Positions 1 through 14,149 of a DNA stretch of 64,000 bases are shown in pieces; the stretch's first letter is position 1, and every line of letters begins with the position of its first letter. A model generated the notes under the pieces. It had not been told where the DNA came from. It was given only the letters and a program-made list of their open reading frames with translations, and did not search any database. The DNA is taken from the NCBI RefSeq assembly GCF_009914755.1, contig NC_060933.1; one strand, 5' to 3'. A program made the position numbers and the translations under genes. This DNA is from the human T2T-CHM13v2.0 reference genome, Homo sapiens.

Positions 1-3000
1 TTGCATTCCTTTCCATTCCATTCCCCTGCAATCGGGTTGATTCCATTCCATTCCATTACATTACATTCCGTTCCATTCCATTCCATTCCATTCGGATTGA
101 TTGTATTCAATTCCCTTACACTCCATTTCATTCCATTCTATTCGGGTAGTTTCCATTCCATTCCATTCCATTCCTCTCCATTCCATTGCACTCGGGTTGA
201 TTCCATTCCATTCCATTCCATTCCATTCCATTCCATTACATTACATTACATTACATTCCTTTCCATTGTACTCGGTTTGATTCCATTCCATTGCATTCCA
301 TTCCATTCCATTCCATTCCATTCCATTCCATTCCATTCCGTTCCATTCCATTACATTCGGATTGATTCTATTCAACTCCCTAACTCTCCATTACATTCCA
401 TTCCATTCGGGTTGTTCCATTCCATTCCATTCCATTCCACTCCATTCCATTGCACTCGGGTTGATTCCATTCCATTCCATTCCATTCAATTCCATTCCAT
501 TCCATTCCGGATGATTCCATTCCATTGCATTCCGTTCCATTACATTCCCCTGCATTCGGGTTGATTCCATTCCATTCCATTCGATTCCATTCCATTCGAA
601 TTCTTTCCTTTCCATTCTATTCCGTACCATTCCATTCCATTCCATACAATTCCATTCCATTCACTTCCACTCCGTACCGTTCCGTTCCGTTCCGTTCCAT
701 TCCATTCCATTCCATTCTATTCGGTTTAATTCCATTCCTTTCCATTCCATTCCATTCTATTCCATTCCATTGCACTCGAGTTGCATCCATTGCATTCCAT
801 TCCATTCCATTCCATTCCATTCCATTCCATTCCATTCCGGAAGATTCCATTCCATTGCATTCCATTCCATTCCATTCCATTCCATTCCATTCCATTGTAC
901 TCGGGTTGATTCCATTCCATTGCATTCCATTCCATTCCATTCCATTCCATTCCATTCCGTTCCATTCCATTCCATTACATTCGGATTGATTCTTTTCAAC
1001 TCCCTTACTCTCCATTCCATTCCATTCCATTCCATTCCATTCCATTCCGGAAGATTCCATTCCATTGCATTCCATTCCATTCCATTCCATTGTACTCGGG
1101 TGGATTCCATTCCATTGCATTCCATTCTATTCCTTTCCATTCCATTCCATTCCGTTCCATTCCATTGCATTACATTCGGATTGATTCTTTTCAACTCACT
1201 TACTCTCCATTACATTCCATTCCATTTGGGTTGTTCCATTCCATTCAATTCCCTTCCACTCCATTCCATTTCACTCGGGTTGATTCCATTCCATTCTATT
1301 CCATTGCATTCCGGGTGATTCCATTCCATTGCATTCCGTTCCATTAGATTCCCCTGCACTCGGGTTGATTCCATTCCATTCCATTCCATTCCATTCCATT
1401 CCATTACATTCCCCTGCACTCGCGTTGATTCCATTCCATTCCATTCCATTCCATTCCATTCCATTCCATTCCATTCCATTCCTTTCCATTCCAGTCCTTT
1501 CCATTCCATTCCACTCGGGTTGATTCCATTCTATTAGTTTCCATTCCATTCCATTCCCTTCCATTCCACTCTGGTTGATTCCATTCCTTTCCATTCCACT
1601 CGAATACATTCCCTCCTATTCCACTCGGAACGATTCCATTCCATTCCATTCCATTCAATTCCATTCCATTCCATTCCATTCCATTTCGTTCCATTCCATT
1701 CTATTCCGTATCATTCCATTCCATTCCATTCCATTCCATTCCACTCGTGTTGATTCCATTCCTTTCCATTCCATTCGGTTTGAAGGCATTCCATTCCATT
1801 CCATTCCATTCCTTTCCATTCCATTCCATTCCATTCCATTCTATTTTACTCGGGTTGATTCCATTCCGTTGCATTCCATTCCATTCCATTCCATTCCTTT
1901 CCATTCCGTTGCATTCCATTCCATTACATTCGGATTGATTCTATTCAACTCCCTTACTCTCCATTACATTCCATTCCATTCGGGTTGTTCCATTCCATTC
2001 CATTCCATTCCACTCCATTCCATTGCACTCGGGTTGATTCCATTCCATTCCATTCCATTCCATTCCATTCCGGATGATTCCATTCCATTGCATTCCGTTC
2101 CTTTACATTCCCCTGCACTCGCGTTGATTCCATTCCATTCCATTCAATTCCATTCCATTACACTTCGTTCCATTCCCTTCTATTCCGTACCATTCCATTC
2201 CATTCCATACCATTCCATTCCATTCCATTCCATTCCATTCCATTCTGTTCCATTCCGTTCCATTCCATTCCATTCCATTCTATTCGGGTTAATTCCATTC
2301 CATTCCATTCCATTCCATTCCATTCCATTCTATTCCATTCCATTGCAATCCAGTTGAATCCATTGCATTTCATTCCATTCCATTCCATTCTATTCAATTC
2401 CATTCCGTTCCATTCCATTCCATTACATTCGGATTGATTCTATTCAACTCCCTTACTCTCCATTACATTCCATTCCATTCGGGTTGTTCCATTCCATTCC
2501 ATTCCATTCCACTCCATTCCATTGCACTCGGGTTTATTCCATTCCATTCCATTCCATTCCATTCCATTCCATTCCATTCCATTCCGTTCCGTTCCATTCC
2601 ATTCCATTCCATTCTATTCGGGTTAATTCCATTCCATTCCATTCCATTCCATTCCAATCGAGTTGATTCCATTCCATTCCATTCCATTCCACTCCATTCC
2701 AGTCCTTTCCATTCCATTCCACTCGGGTTGATTCCAATGTATTCCTTTCCATTCCATTCCATTCCATTGCAATCGAGTTGATTCCATTGCTTTCAATTCC
2801 ATTCCATTCCATTCCATTCCGGATGACTCCATTCCATTGCATTCCATTCCATTCCATTCTCCTGCACTCGGGTTGATTCCATTCCATTCAACTCCTTTCC
2901 GTTCCATTCCATTCCATTCCATTGTATTCGGGTTAATTCCATTCCATTCCATTCCATTCCATTCCATTCCATTACAATCGAGTTGATTCCATTCCATTCC

Positions 3001-6000
3001 ATTCCATTCCTCTCCTTTCCATTGCACTCGGGTTGATTCCATTCCATTGCATTCCATTCCATTCCATTCAATTCCATTCCGTTCCATTCCATTCCATTAC
3101 ATTCGGATTGATTCTATTCAACTCCCTTACTCTCCATTACATTCCATTCCATTCGGGTTGTTCCATTCCATTCCATTCCATTCCACTCCATTCCATTGCA
3201 CTCGGGTTGATTCCATTCCATTCCATTCCATTCCATTCCATTCCATTCCGGAAGATTCCATTCCATTGCATTCCATTCCATTCCATTCCCCTGCACTCGC
3301 GTTGATTCCATTCTATTCCATTCTATTCCATTCCATTCCCTTCCTTTCCGTTCCATTCCATTCCATTCCTTTCCATTCCATTCCATTCCGTTCCGTTCCT
3401 TTCCATTCCATTACGGATGATTCCATTCCATTGCATTCCATTCCATTCCATTCCCCTGCACTCGGGTTGATTCCATTCCATTCCATTACATTCGGATTGA
3501 TTCTATTCAACTCCCTTACTCTCCATTACATTCCATTCCATTCGGGTTGTTCCATTCCATTCCATTCCATTCCACTCCATTCCATTGCACTCGGGTTGAT
3601 TCCATTCCATTCCATTCCATTCCATTCCATTCCATTCCAATCCGGATGATTCCATTCCATTGCATTCCGTTCCATTACATTCCCCTGCACTCGCGTTGAT
3701 TCCATTCCATTCCATTCAATTCCATTCCATTACACTTCGCTCCATTCCATTCTATTCCGTACCATTCCATTCCATTCCATACCATTCCATTCCATTCCAT
3801 TCCATTCCATTCCGTTCCATTCCGTTCCATTCCATTCCATTCCATTCTATTCGAATTAATTCCATTCCATTCCATTCCATTCCATTCTATTCCATTCCAT
3901 TGCAATCGAGTTGAATCCATTGCATTTCATTCCATTCCATTCCATTCCATTCCATTCCGGAAGATTCCATTCCATTGCATTCCATTCTATTCCATTCCCC
4001 TGCACTCGCGTTGATTCCATTCCATTCCATTCTATTCCATTCCATTCCCTTCCTTTCCGTTCCATTCCATTCCATTCCATTCCATTCCACTCCATTCCGT
4101 TCCGTTCCATTCCATTCCATTCCATTCTATTCGGGTTAATTCCATTCCATTCCATTCGATTGCAATGGAGTTGATTCCATTCCATTCCATTCCATTCCAT
4201 TCCATTCCATTCCTTTCCATTCCATTACGGATGATTCCATTCCATTGCATTCCATTCCATTCCATTCCCCTGTACTCGGGTTGATTCCATTCCATTCCAT
4301 TCCAATCCATGCCATTCCACTCGTGTTGATTCCATTCTTTCCATTCCATTCAAGTTGAATCCATTCCATTGCATTCCATTCCATTCGATTCCATTCGATT
4401 GCACTCGGGTTGATTCCATTTCATTGCATTCCATTCCATTCCATTCCATTCCATTCCATTCCGTTCCATTCCATTCCATTACATTCGGATTGATTCTATT
4501 CAATTCCCTTACACTCCATTACATTCCATTCCATTCGTGTAGTTTCCATTCCATTCCATTCCATTCCTCTCCATTCCATTGAACTCGGGTTGATTCCATT
4601 CCATTGCATTCCATTCCATTCCATTCAATTCCATTCCGTTCCATTCCATTCCATTACATTCGGATTGATTCTATTCAACTCCCTTACTCTCCATTACATT
4701 CCATTCCATTCGGGTTGTTCCATTCCATTCCATTCCATTCCACTCCATTCCATTGCACTCGGGTTTATTCCATTCCATTCCATTCCATTCCATTCCATTC
4801 CATTCCATTCCGGAAGATTCCATTCCATTGCATTCCATTCCATTCCATTCCCCTGCACTCGCGTTGATTCCATTCCATTACATTCCATTCCATTCCATTC
4901 CATTCCATTCCTTTTCGTTCCAATCCATTCCATTCCATTCCATTCCATTCCATTCCATTCCATTCCAATCGAGTTGATTCCATTCCATTCCATTCCATTC
5001 CATTCCACTCCATTCCAGTCCTTTCCATTCCATTACACTCGGGTTGATTCCAATGTATTCCTTTCCACTCCATTCCATTCCATTGCAATCGAGTTGACTC
5101 CATTGCTTTGCATTCCATTCCATTCCATTCCATTCGGGATGATTCCATTCCATTGCATTCCATTCCATTCCATTCCCCTGCACTCGGGTTGATTCCATTC
5201 CATTCCACTCCATTCCGTTCCATTCCATTCCATTGCATTGTATTCGGGTTAATTCCATTCCATTCCATTCCATTCCATTCCATTCCATTCCATTACAATC
5301 GAGTTGATTCCATTCCATTCCATTCCATTCCAGTCCTTTCCATTCCATTCCACTCGGGTTGATTCCATTCTATTAGTTTCCATTCCATTCCATTCCCTTC
5401 CATTCCACTCTGGTTGATTCCATTCCTTTCCATTCCACTCGAATACATTTCCTCCTATTCCACTCGGAACGATTCCATTCCATTCCATTCCATTCCATTT
5501 CGTTCCATTCCATTCTATTCCGTATCATTCCATTCCATTCCATTCCATTCCATTCCCCTGCAGTCGGGTTGTTTCCATTCCATTCCATTCCCTTCCATTC
5601 CATTCCATTCCATTCCATTCCGTTCCGTTCCATTCCATTCCATTCCATTCTATTCGGGTTAATTCCATTCCATTCCATTCCATTCCATTCCATTCCAATC
5701 GAGTTGATTCCATTCCATTCCATTCCATTCCATTCCACTCCATTCCAGTCCTTTCCATTCCATTCCACTCGGGTTGATTCCAATGTATTCCTTTCCATTC
5801 CATTCCATTCCATTGCAATCGAGTTGATTCCATTGCTTTGCATTCCATTCCATTCCATTTCATTCCGGATGATTCCATTCCATTGCATTCCATTCCATTC
5901 CATTCCTCTCCATTCCATTGCACTCGGGTTGATTGCATTCCATTCCATTCCATTCCGTTACATTACATTACATTACATTACATTCCGTTCCATTGTACTC

Positions 6001-9000
6001 GGGTTGATTCCATTCCATTGCATTCCATTCCATTGCATTCCATTCCATTCCATTCCATTCCATTCCATTCCATTCCATTCCGTTCCATTCCATTACATTC
6101 GGATTGATTCTATTCAACTCCCTTACTCTCCATTACATTCCATTCCATTCGGGTTGTTCCATTCCATTCCATTCCATTCAACTCCATTCCATTGCGCTCG
6201 GGTTGATTCCATTCCATTCCATTCCATTCCATTCCATTCCATTCCATTCCATTCCGGATTATTCCATTCCATTGCATTCCGTTCCATTACATTCCCCTGC
6301 ACTCGGGTTGATTCCATTCCATTCCATTCCATTCCATTCCATTCCATTCCATTCTATTCCATTCCAATTCTTTCCATTCCATTCTATTCCGTAGCATTCC
6401 ATTCCATTCCATACAATTCCATTCCATTCCATTCTACTCCGTTCCGTTCCGTTCCGTTCTGTTCCTTTCCATTCCATTCCATTCCATTCTATTCGGTTTA
6501 ACTCCATTCCATTCCATTCCATTCCATTCCATTCTATTCCATTCCATTGCAATCGAGTTGAATCCATTGCATTCCATTCCATTCCATTCCATTCCATTCC
6601 ATTCCGGAAGATTCCATTCCATTGTATTCCATTCCATTCCATTCCATTCCATTCCATTCCATTCCATTCCATTCCATTCCATTCCATTCCATTCCATTCC
6701 ATTGTACTCGGGTTGATTCCATTCCATTGCATTCCATTCCATTCCATTCCATTCCGTTCCATTCCATTCCATTACATTCGGATTGATTCTTTTCAACTCC
6801 CTTACTCTCCATTACATTCCATTCCATTCGGGTTGTTCCATTCCATTCCATTCCATTCCACTCCATTCCATTGCACTCGGGTTGATTCCATTCCATTCCA
6901 TTCCGGATGATTCCATTCCATTGCATTCCGTTCCATTACATTCCCCTGCACTCGGGTTGATTCCATTCCATTCCTTTCCATTCCATTCGATTCCATTCCA
7001 TTCCCCTGCACTCGCGTTGATTCCATTCCATTCCATTCCATTCCATTCCATTCCATTCCATTCCATTCCTTTCCGTTCCATTCCATTCCATTCCATTCCA
7101 TTCCGTTCCGTTCCATTCCATTCCATTCCATTCTATTCGGGTTAATTCCATTCCATTCCATTCGATTGCAATCGAGTTGATTCCATTCCATTCCATTCCA
7201 TTCCATTCCATTCCATTCCAGTCCTTTCCATTCCTTTCCATTACATTACTGATGATTCCATTCTATTGCATTCCATTCCATTCCATTCCCCTGTACTCGG
7301 GTTGATTCCATTCCATTCCATTAAAATCCATGCCATTCCACTCGTGTTGATTCCATGCTTTCCTTTCCATTCAAGTTGAATCCATTCCATTGCATTCCAT
7401 TCCATTCGATTCCATTCGATTGCACTCGGGTTGATTCCATTCCATTGCATTCCATTCCATTCCATTCAATTCCATTCCGTTCCATTAAATTTCATTACAT
7501 TCAGATTGATTCTTTTCAGTTCCCTTACACTCCATTATATTCCAATCCATTCTGGTTGTTTCCATTCCATTCCATTCCATTTCACTCCATTCCATTGCAC
7601 TCGGGTTGATTCCATTCCATTGCATTCCATTGCATTCCATTCCATTCCATTCCGGATGATTCCATTCCATTTCATTCCATTCCATTCCATTCCCCTGCAC
7701 TCGGGTTGATTCCATTCCATTCCATTCCATTACATTCCGTTCCATTCCATTCCATTCCATTCGGATTGATTCTATTCAATTCCCTTACACTCCATTACAT
7801 TCCATTCCATTCGGGTAGTTTCCATTCCATTCCATTCCATTCCTCTCCATTCCAATGCACTCGGGTTGATTCCATTCCATTCCATTCCATTCCATTCCAT
7901 TCCATTCCATTACATTACATTCCATTCCATTCCGTTCCATTGTACTCGGGTTGATTCCATTCCATTGCATTCCATTCCATTCCATTCCATTCCATTCCAT
8001 TCCATTCCATTCGTATTGATTCTATTCAACTCCCTTACTCGCCATTACATTCCATTCCATTCGGGTTGTTCCATTCGATTCCATTCCATTCCACTCCATT
8101 CCATTGCACTCGGGTTGATTGCATTCCATTCCATTCCACTCCATTCCATTCCATTCCATTCCATTCCGGATGATTCCATTCCATTGCATTCCGTTCCATT
8201 ACATTCCCCTGCACTCGGGTTGATTCCATTCCATTCCATTCCATTCCATTCGATTCCATTCCATTCCAATTCTTTCCATTCCATTCTATTCCGTACCATG
8301 CCATTCCATTCCATACAATTCCATTCCATTCCATTCCACTCTGTTCCGTTCCGTTCCGTTCCGTTCCGTTCCATTCCATTCCATTCCATTCTATTCGGGT
8401 TAATTCCATTCCATTCCATTCGATTGCAATCGAGTTGATTCCATTCCATTCCATTCCATTCCATTCCATTCCATTCCTTTCCATTCCATTACGGATGATT
8501 CCATTCCATTGCATTCCATTCCATTCCATTCCCCTGTACTCGGGTTGATTCCATTCCATTCCATTCCAATCCATGCCATTCCACTCGTGTTGATTCCATT
8601 CTTTCCATTCCATTCAAGTTGAATCCATTCCATTGCCTTCCATTCCATTCCATTCCCCTGCAGTCTGGTTGATTCCATTCCATTCCATTCCATTCCATTC
8701 CATTCCATTCCATTCCGTTCCGTTCCATTCCATTCCATTCCATTCTTTTCGGGTTAATTCCATTCCATTCCATTCCATTCCATTCCAATCGAGTTGATTA
8801 AATTCCATTCCATTCCATTCCATTCCACTCCATTCCAGTCCTTTCCATTCCATTCCACTCGGGTTGATTCCAATGTATTCCTTTCCATTCCATTCCATTC
8901 CATTGCAATCGAGTTGATTCCATTGCTTTGCATTCCATTCGATTCCATTCCATTCCGGATGATTCCATTCCATTGCATTCCATTCCATTCCATTCCCCTG

Positions 9001-12000
9001 CACTCGGGTTGATTCCATTCCATTCCACTCCATTCCGTTCCATTCCATTCCATTCCAGTGTATTCGGGTTAATTCCATTCCATTCCATTCCATTCCATTC
9101 CATTCCATTCCATTCCATTACAATCGAGTTGATTCCATTCCATTCCATTCCATTCCAGTCCTTTCCATTCCATTCCACTCGGGTTGATTCCATTCTATTA
9201 GATTCCATTCCATTCCATTCCCTTCCATTCCACTCTGGTTGATACCATTCCTTTCCATTCCACTCGAATACATTCCCTCCTATTCCACTCGGAACGATTC
9301 CATTCCATTGCATTCCATTCCATTCCATTTCGTTCCATTCCATTCTATTCCGTATCTTTCCATTCCATTCCATTCCATTCCATTCCATTCCATTCCATTC
9401 CATTGTACTCGGGTTGATTCAATTCCATTGTATTCCATTCCATTCCATTCCATTCCATTCCGTTGCATTCCATTCCATTACATTCGGATTGATTCTATTC
9501 AACTCCCTTACTCTCCATTACATTCCATTCCATTCGGGTTGTTCCATTCCATTCCATTCCATTCCATTCCATTCCATTCCATTCTATTCGGATTAATTCC
9601 ATTCCATTCCATTCCATTCCATTCTATTCCATTCCATTGCAATCGAGTTGAATCCATTGCATTTCATTCCATTCCATTCCATTCCATTCCATTCCATTCC
9701 ATTCCAATCCGGAAGATTCCATTCCATTGCATTCCATTCCATTCCATTCCCCTGCACTCGCGTTCATTCCATTCCATTCCATTCCATTCCATTCCATTCC
9801 ATTCGGGTTGTTCCATTCCATTCCATTCCATTCCACTCCATTCCATTGCACTCGGGTTTATTCCATTCCATTCCATTCCATTCCATTCCATTCTATTCCA
9901 TTCCATTCCAGAAGATTCCATTCCATTGCATTCCATTCCATTCCATTCCCCTGCACTCGCGTTCATTCCATTCCATTCCATTCCATTCCATTCCATTCCA
10001 TTCCATTCCTTTCCGTTCCATTCCATTCCATTCCATTCCATTCCATTCCATGCCATTCCGTTCTGTTCCGTTCCGTTCCATTCCATTCCATTCCATTCTA
10101 TTCGGGTTAATTCCATTCCATTCCATTCGACTGCATTCGAGTTGATTCCATTCCATTCCATTCCATTCCATTCCATTCCATTCCATTCCATTCCTTTCCA
10201 TTCCATTACGGATGATTCCATTCCATTGCATTCCATTCCATTCCATTCCCCTGTACTCGGGTTGATTCCATTCCATTCCATTCCAATCCATGCCATTCCA
10301 CTCGTGTTGATTCCATTCTTTCCATTCCATTCAAGTTGAATCCATTACATTGCATTCCATTCCATTCCATTCCCCTGCAGTCGGGTTGATTCCATTCCAT
10401 TCCATTCCATTCCATTCCATTCTATTCCGTTCCGTTCCGTTCCATTCCATTCCATTCCATTCCATTCTATTCGGGTTAATTCCATTCCATTCCATTCCAT
10501 TCCATTCCATTCCAATCGAGTTGATTCCATTCCATTCCATTCCATTCCATTCCACTCCATTCCAGTCCTTTTCATTCCATTCCACTCGGGTTGATTCCAA
10601 TGTATTCCTTTCCATTCCATTCCATTCCATTGCAATCGAGTTGATTCCATTGCTTTGCATTCCATTCCATTCCATTCCATTCCGGATGATTCCATTCCAT
10701 TGCATTCCATTCCATTCCATTCCTCTGCACTCGGGTTGATTCCATTCCATTCCACTCCATTCCGTTCCATTCCATTCCATTCCATTGTATTCGGGTTAAT
10801 TCAATTCCATTCCATTCCATTCCATTCCATTCCATTCCATTCCATCACAATCGAGTTTGTTCCATTCCATTCCATTCCATTCCATTCCATTCCATTCCGG
10901 ATGATTCCATTCGATTACATTCCGTTCCATTACATTCCCCTGCACGCGGGTTGATTCCATTCCATTCCATTCCATTCCATTCCATTCGATTCCATTCCAT
11001 TCCAATTCTTTCCATTCCATTCTATTCCGTACCATTCCATTGCATTCCATACCATTCCATTCCATTCCATTCCATTCCATTCCATTCCATTCCGTTCCGT
11101 TCCATCCCAATCCATTCCATTTTATTCGGGTTAATTCCATTCCATTCCATTCCATTCCATTCTATTCCATTCCATTGCAATCGAGTTGAGTCCATTTCAT
11201 TCCATTCCATTCCATTCCGGAAGATTCCATTCCATTGCATTCAATTCCATTCCATTCCCCTGCACTCGCGTTGATTCCATTCCATTCCATTCCATTCCGT
11301 TCCGTTCCATTCCATTCCATTCCATTCCATTCCGTTCCGTTCCGTTCCGTTCCATTTGATTCCATTCTATTCGGGTTAATTCCATTCCATTCCATTCGAT
11401 TGCAATCGAGGTGATTCCATTCCATTCCATTCCATTCCATTCCATTCCATTGCATTCTTTTCCATTCCATTACGGATGATTCCATTCCATTGCATTACCT
11501 TCCATTCCATTCCCCTGTACTCGGGTTGATTCCATTCCATTCCATTCCATTCCATTCTATTCCATTCCATTCCGGAAGATTCCATTTCATTGCATTCCAT
11601 TCCATTCCATTCCCCTGCACTCGCGTTGATTCCATTCCATTCCATTCCATTCCATTCCATTCCATTCCATTCCGTTCCGTTCCATTCCATTCCATTCCAT
11701 TCCATTCCATTCCGTTCCGTTCCATTCCATTCCATTCCATTCTATTCGGGTTAATTCCATTCCATTCCATTCGATTGCAATCGTGTTGATTCCATTCCAT
11801 TCCATTCCATTCCATTCCATTCAATTCCATTCCATTCCTTTCCATTCCATTACGGATGATTCCATTCCATTGCATTCCATTCCATTCCATTCCCCTGTAC
11901 TCGGGTTGTTTCCATTCCATTGCATTCCAATCCATGCCCTTCCACTCGTGTTGATTCCATTCTTTCCATTCCATTCAAGTTGAATCCATTCCATTGCATT

Positions 12001-14149
12001 CCATTCAATTCGATTCCATTCGATTGCACTCGGGTTGATTCCATTCCATTGCATTCCATTCCATTCCATTCCATTCCATTCCATTCCATTCCGTTCCATT
12101 CCATTCCATTACATTCGGATTGATTCTATTCAATTCCCTTACACTCCATTACATTCCATTCCATTCGGGTAGTTTCCATTCCATTCCATTCCATTCCTCT
12201 CCATTCCATTGCACTCGGGTTGATTCCATTCCATTGCATTCCATTCCATTCCATTCAATTCCATTCCGTTCCATTCCATTCCATTCCATTCGGATTGATT
12301 CTATTCAACTCCCTTACTCTCCATTACATTCCATTTCATTCGGGTTGTTGCATACCATTCCGTTCCATTCCACTCCATTCCATTGCACTCGGGTTTATTC
12401 CATTCCATTCCATTCCATTCCATTCCATTCTATTCCGGAAGATTCCATTCCATTGCATTCCATTCCATTCCATTCCATTCCAATCGAGTTGATTCCATTC
12501 CATTGCATTCCATTCCATTCCACTCCATTCCAGTCCTTTCCATTCCATTACACTCGGGTTGATTCCATTCCATTCCACTCCATTCCGTTCCATTCCATTC
12601 CATTCCATTGTATTCGGGTTAATTCCATTCCATTCCATTCCATTCCATTCCATTCCATTCCATTCCATTCCATTCCATTACAATCGAGTTGATTCCATTC
12701 CATTCCATTCCATTCCATTCCATTCCATTCCAGTCCTTTCCATTCCATTCCACTCGGGTTGATTCCATTCTATTAGTTTCCATTCCATTCCATTCCCTTC
12801 CATTCCACTCTGGTTGATTCCATTCCTTTCCATTCCACTCGAATACATTCCCTCCTATTCCACTCGGAACGATTCCATTCCATTCCATTCCATTCCATTC
12901 CAATCCATTCCATTCCATTCCAGTTCGTTCCATTCCGTTCTATTCGGTACCATTCCATTCCATTCCATTCCTTTCCATTCCATTCCTTTCCACTCGTGTT
13001 GATTCCATTCCTTTCCATTCCATTCGGTTTGAAGGCATTCCATTCCATTCAATTCCATTCCATTCCATTCCATTCCCTTCCATTCTATTCCATTGCATTG
13101 CAATCGAGTTGAATCCATTGCCTTTCATTCCATTCCATTCCATTCCATTCCATTCCGGAAGATTCCATTCCATTACATTCCATTCCATTCCATTCCCCTG
13201 CACTCGCGTTGATTCCATTCCATTCCATTCCATTCCATTCTATTCGGGTTAATTCCATTCCATTCCATTCCATTCCATTCCATTGCAATCGAGTTGATTC
13301 CATTCCATTCCATTCCACTCCATTCCAGTCCTTTCCATTCCATTCCACTCGGGTTGATTCCAATGTATTCCTTTCCATTCCATTCCATTCCATTGCAATC
13401 GAGTTGATTCCATTGCTTTGCATTCCATTCCGTTCCATTCCATTCCGGATGATTCCATTCCATTGCATTCCATTCCATTCCATTCCCCTGCACTCGGGTT
13501 GATTCCATTCCATTCCACTCCATTCCGTTCCATTCCATTCCATTCCATTGTATTCAGGTTAATTCCATTCCATTCCATTCCATTCCATTCCATTACAATC
13601 GAGTTGATTCCATTCCATTCCATTCCATTCCATTCCATTCCAGTCCTTTCCATTCCATTCCACTCGGGTTGATTCCATTCTATTAGTTTCCATTCCATTC
13701 CATTCCCTTCCATTCCACTCTGGTTGATTCCATTCCTTTCCATTCCATTTAATTCCATTCCATTCCATTCCATTCCATTCCATTCCAATCCGTTCCATTC
13801 CATTCTATTCCACTGCAACCGACTTGATTCCATTCCATTCCATTCTATTCCATTCCATTCCATTCCATTCCATTCCATTCCATTCCATTTTGTTCCAATC
13901 CATTCTATTCCGAACCATTCCATTCCATTCCATTACATTCCATTGCATTCCATTCCATGCCATTCCACTCGGGTTGATTCCATTCCATTCCATTGCATTC
14001 CATTCCATTCCATTCCATTCCCTTCCGTTCCATTCCATTTCATTACATTCATTTTGATTCTATTCAATTCCCTTACACTCCATTATATTCCAATCCATTC
14101 TGGTTGTTTCCATTCCATTCCATTCCATTTCACTCCATTCCATTGCACT

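Noticed and set aside
4393-4410. CENP-B-box-like word ATTCGATTGCACTCGGGT, recurring at the end of most D modules
   Set aside because: The functional box needs TTCG-N4-A-N2-CGGG. Here the spacing is TTCG-N5-A-N2-CGGG, one base too long, and no alpha satellite is present.
1602-12841. Apparent ~3.8 kb periodicity at the left end (F landmarks 3839, 3825 and 3575 apart)
   Set aside because: Module content and order differ between the intervals, so they are not copies of one unit.
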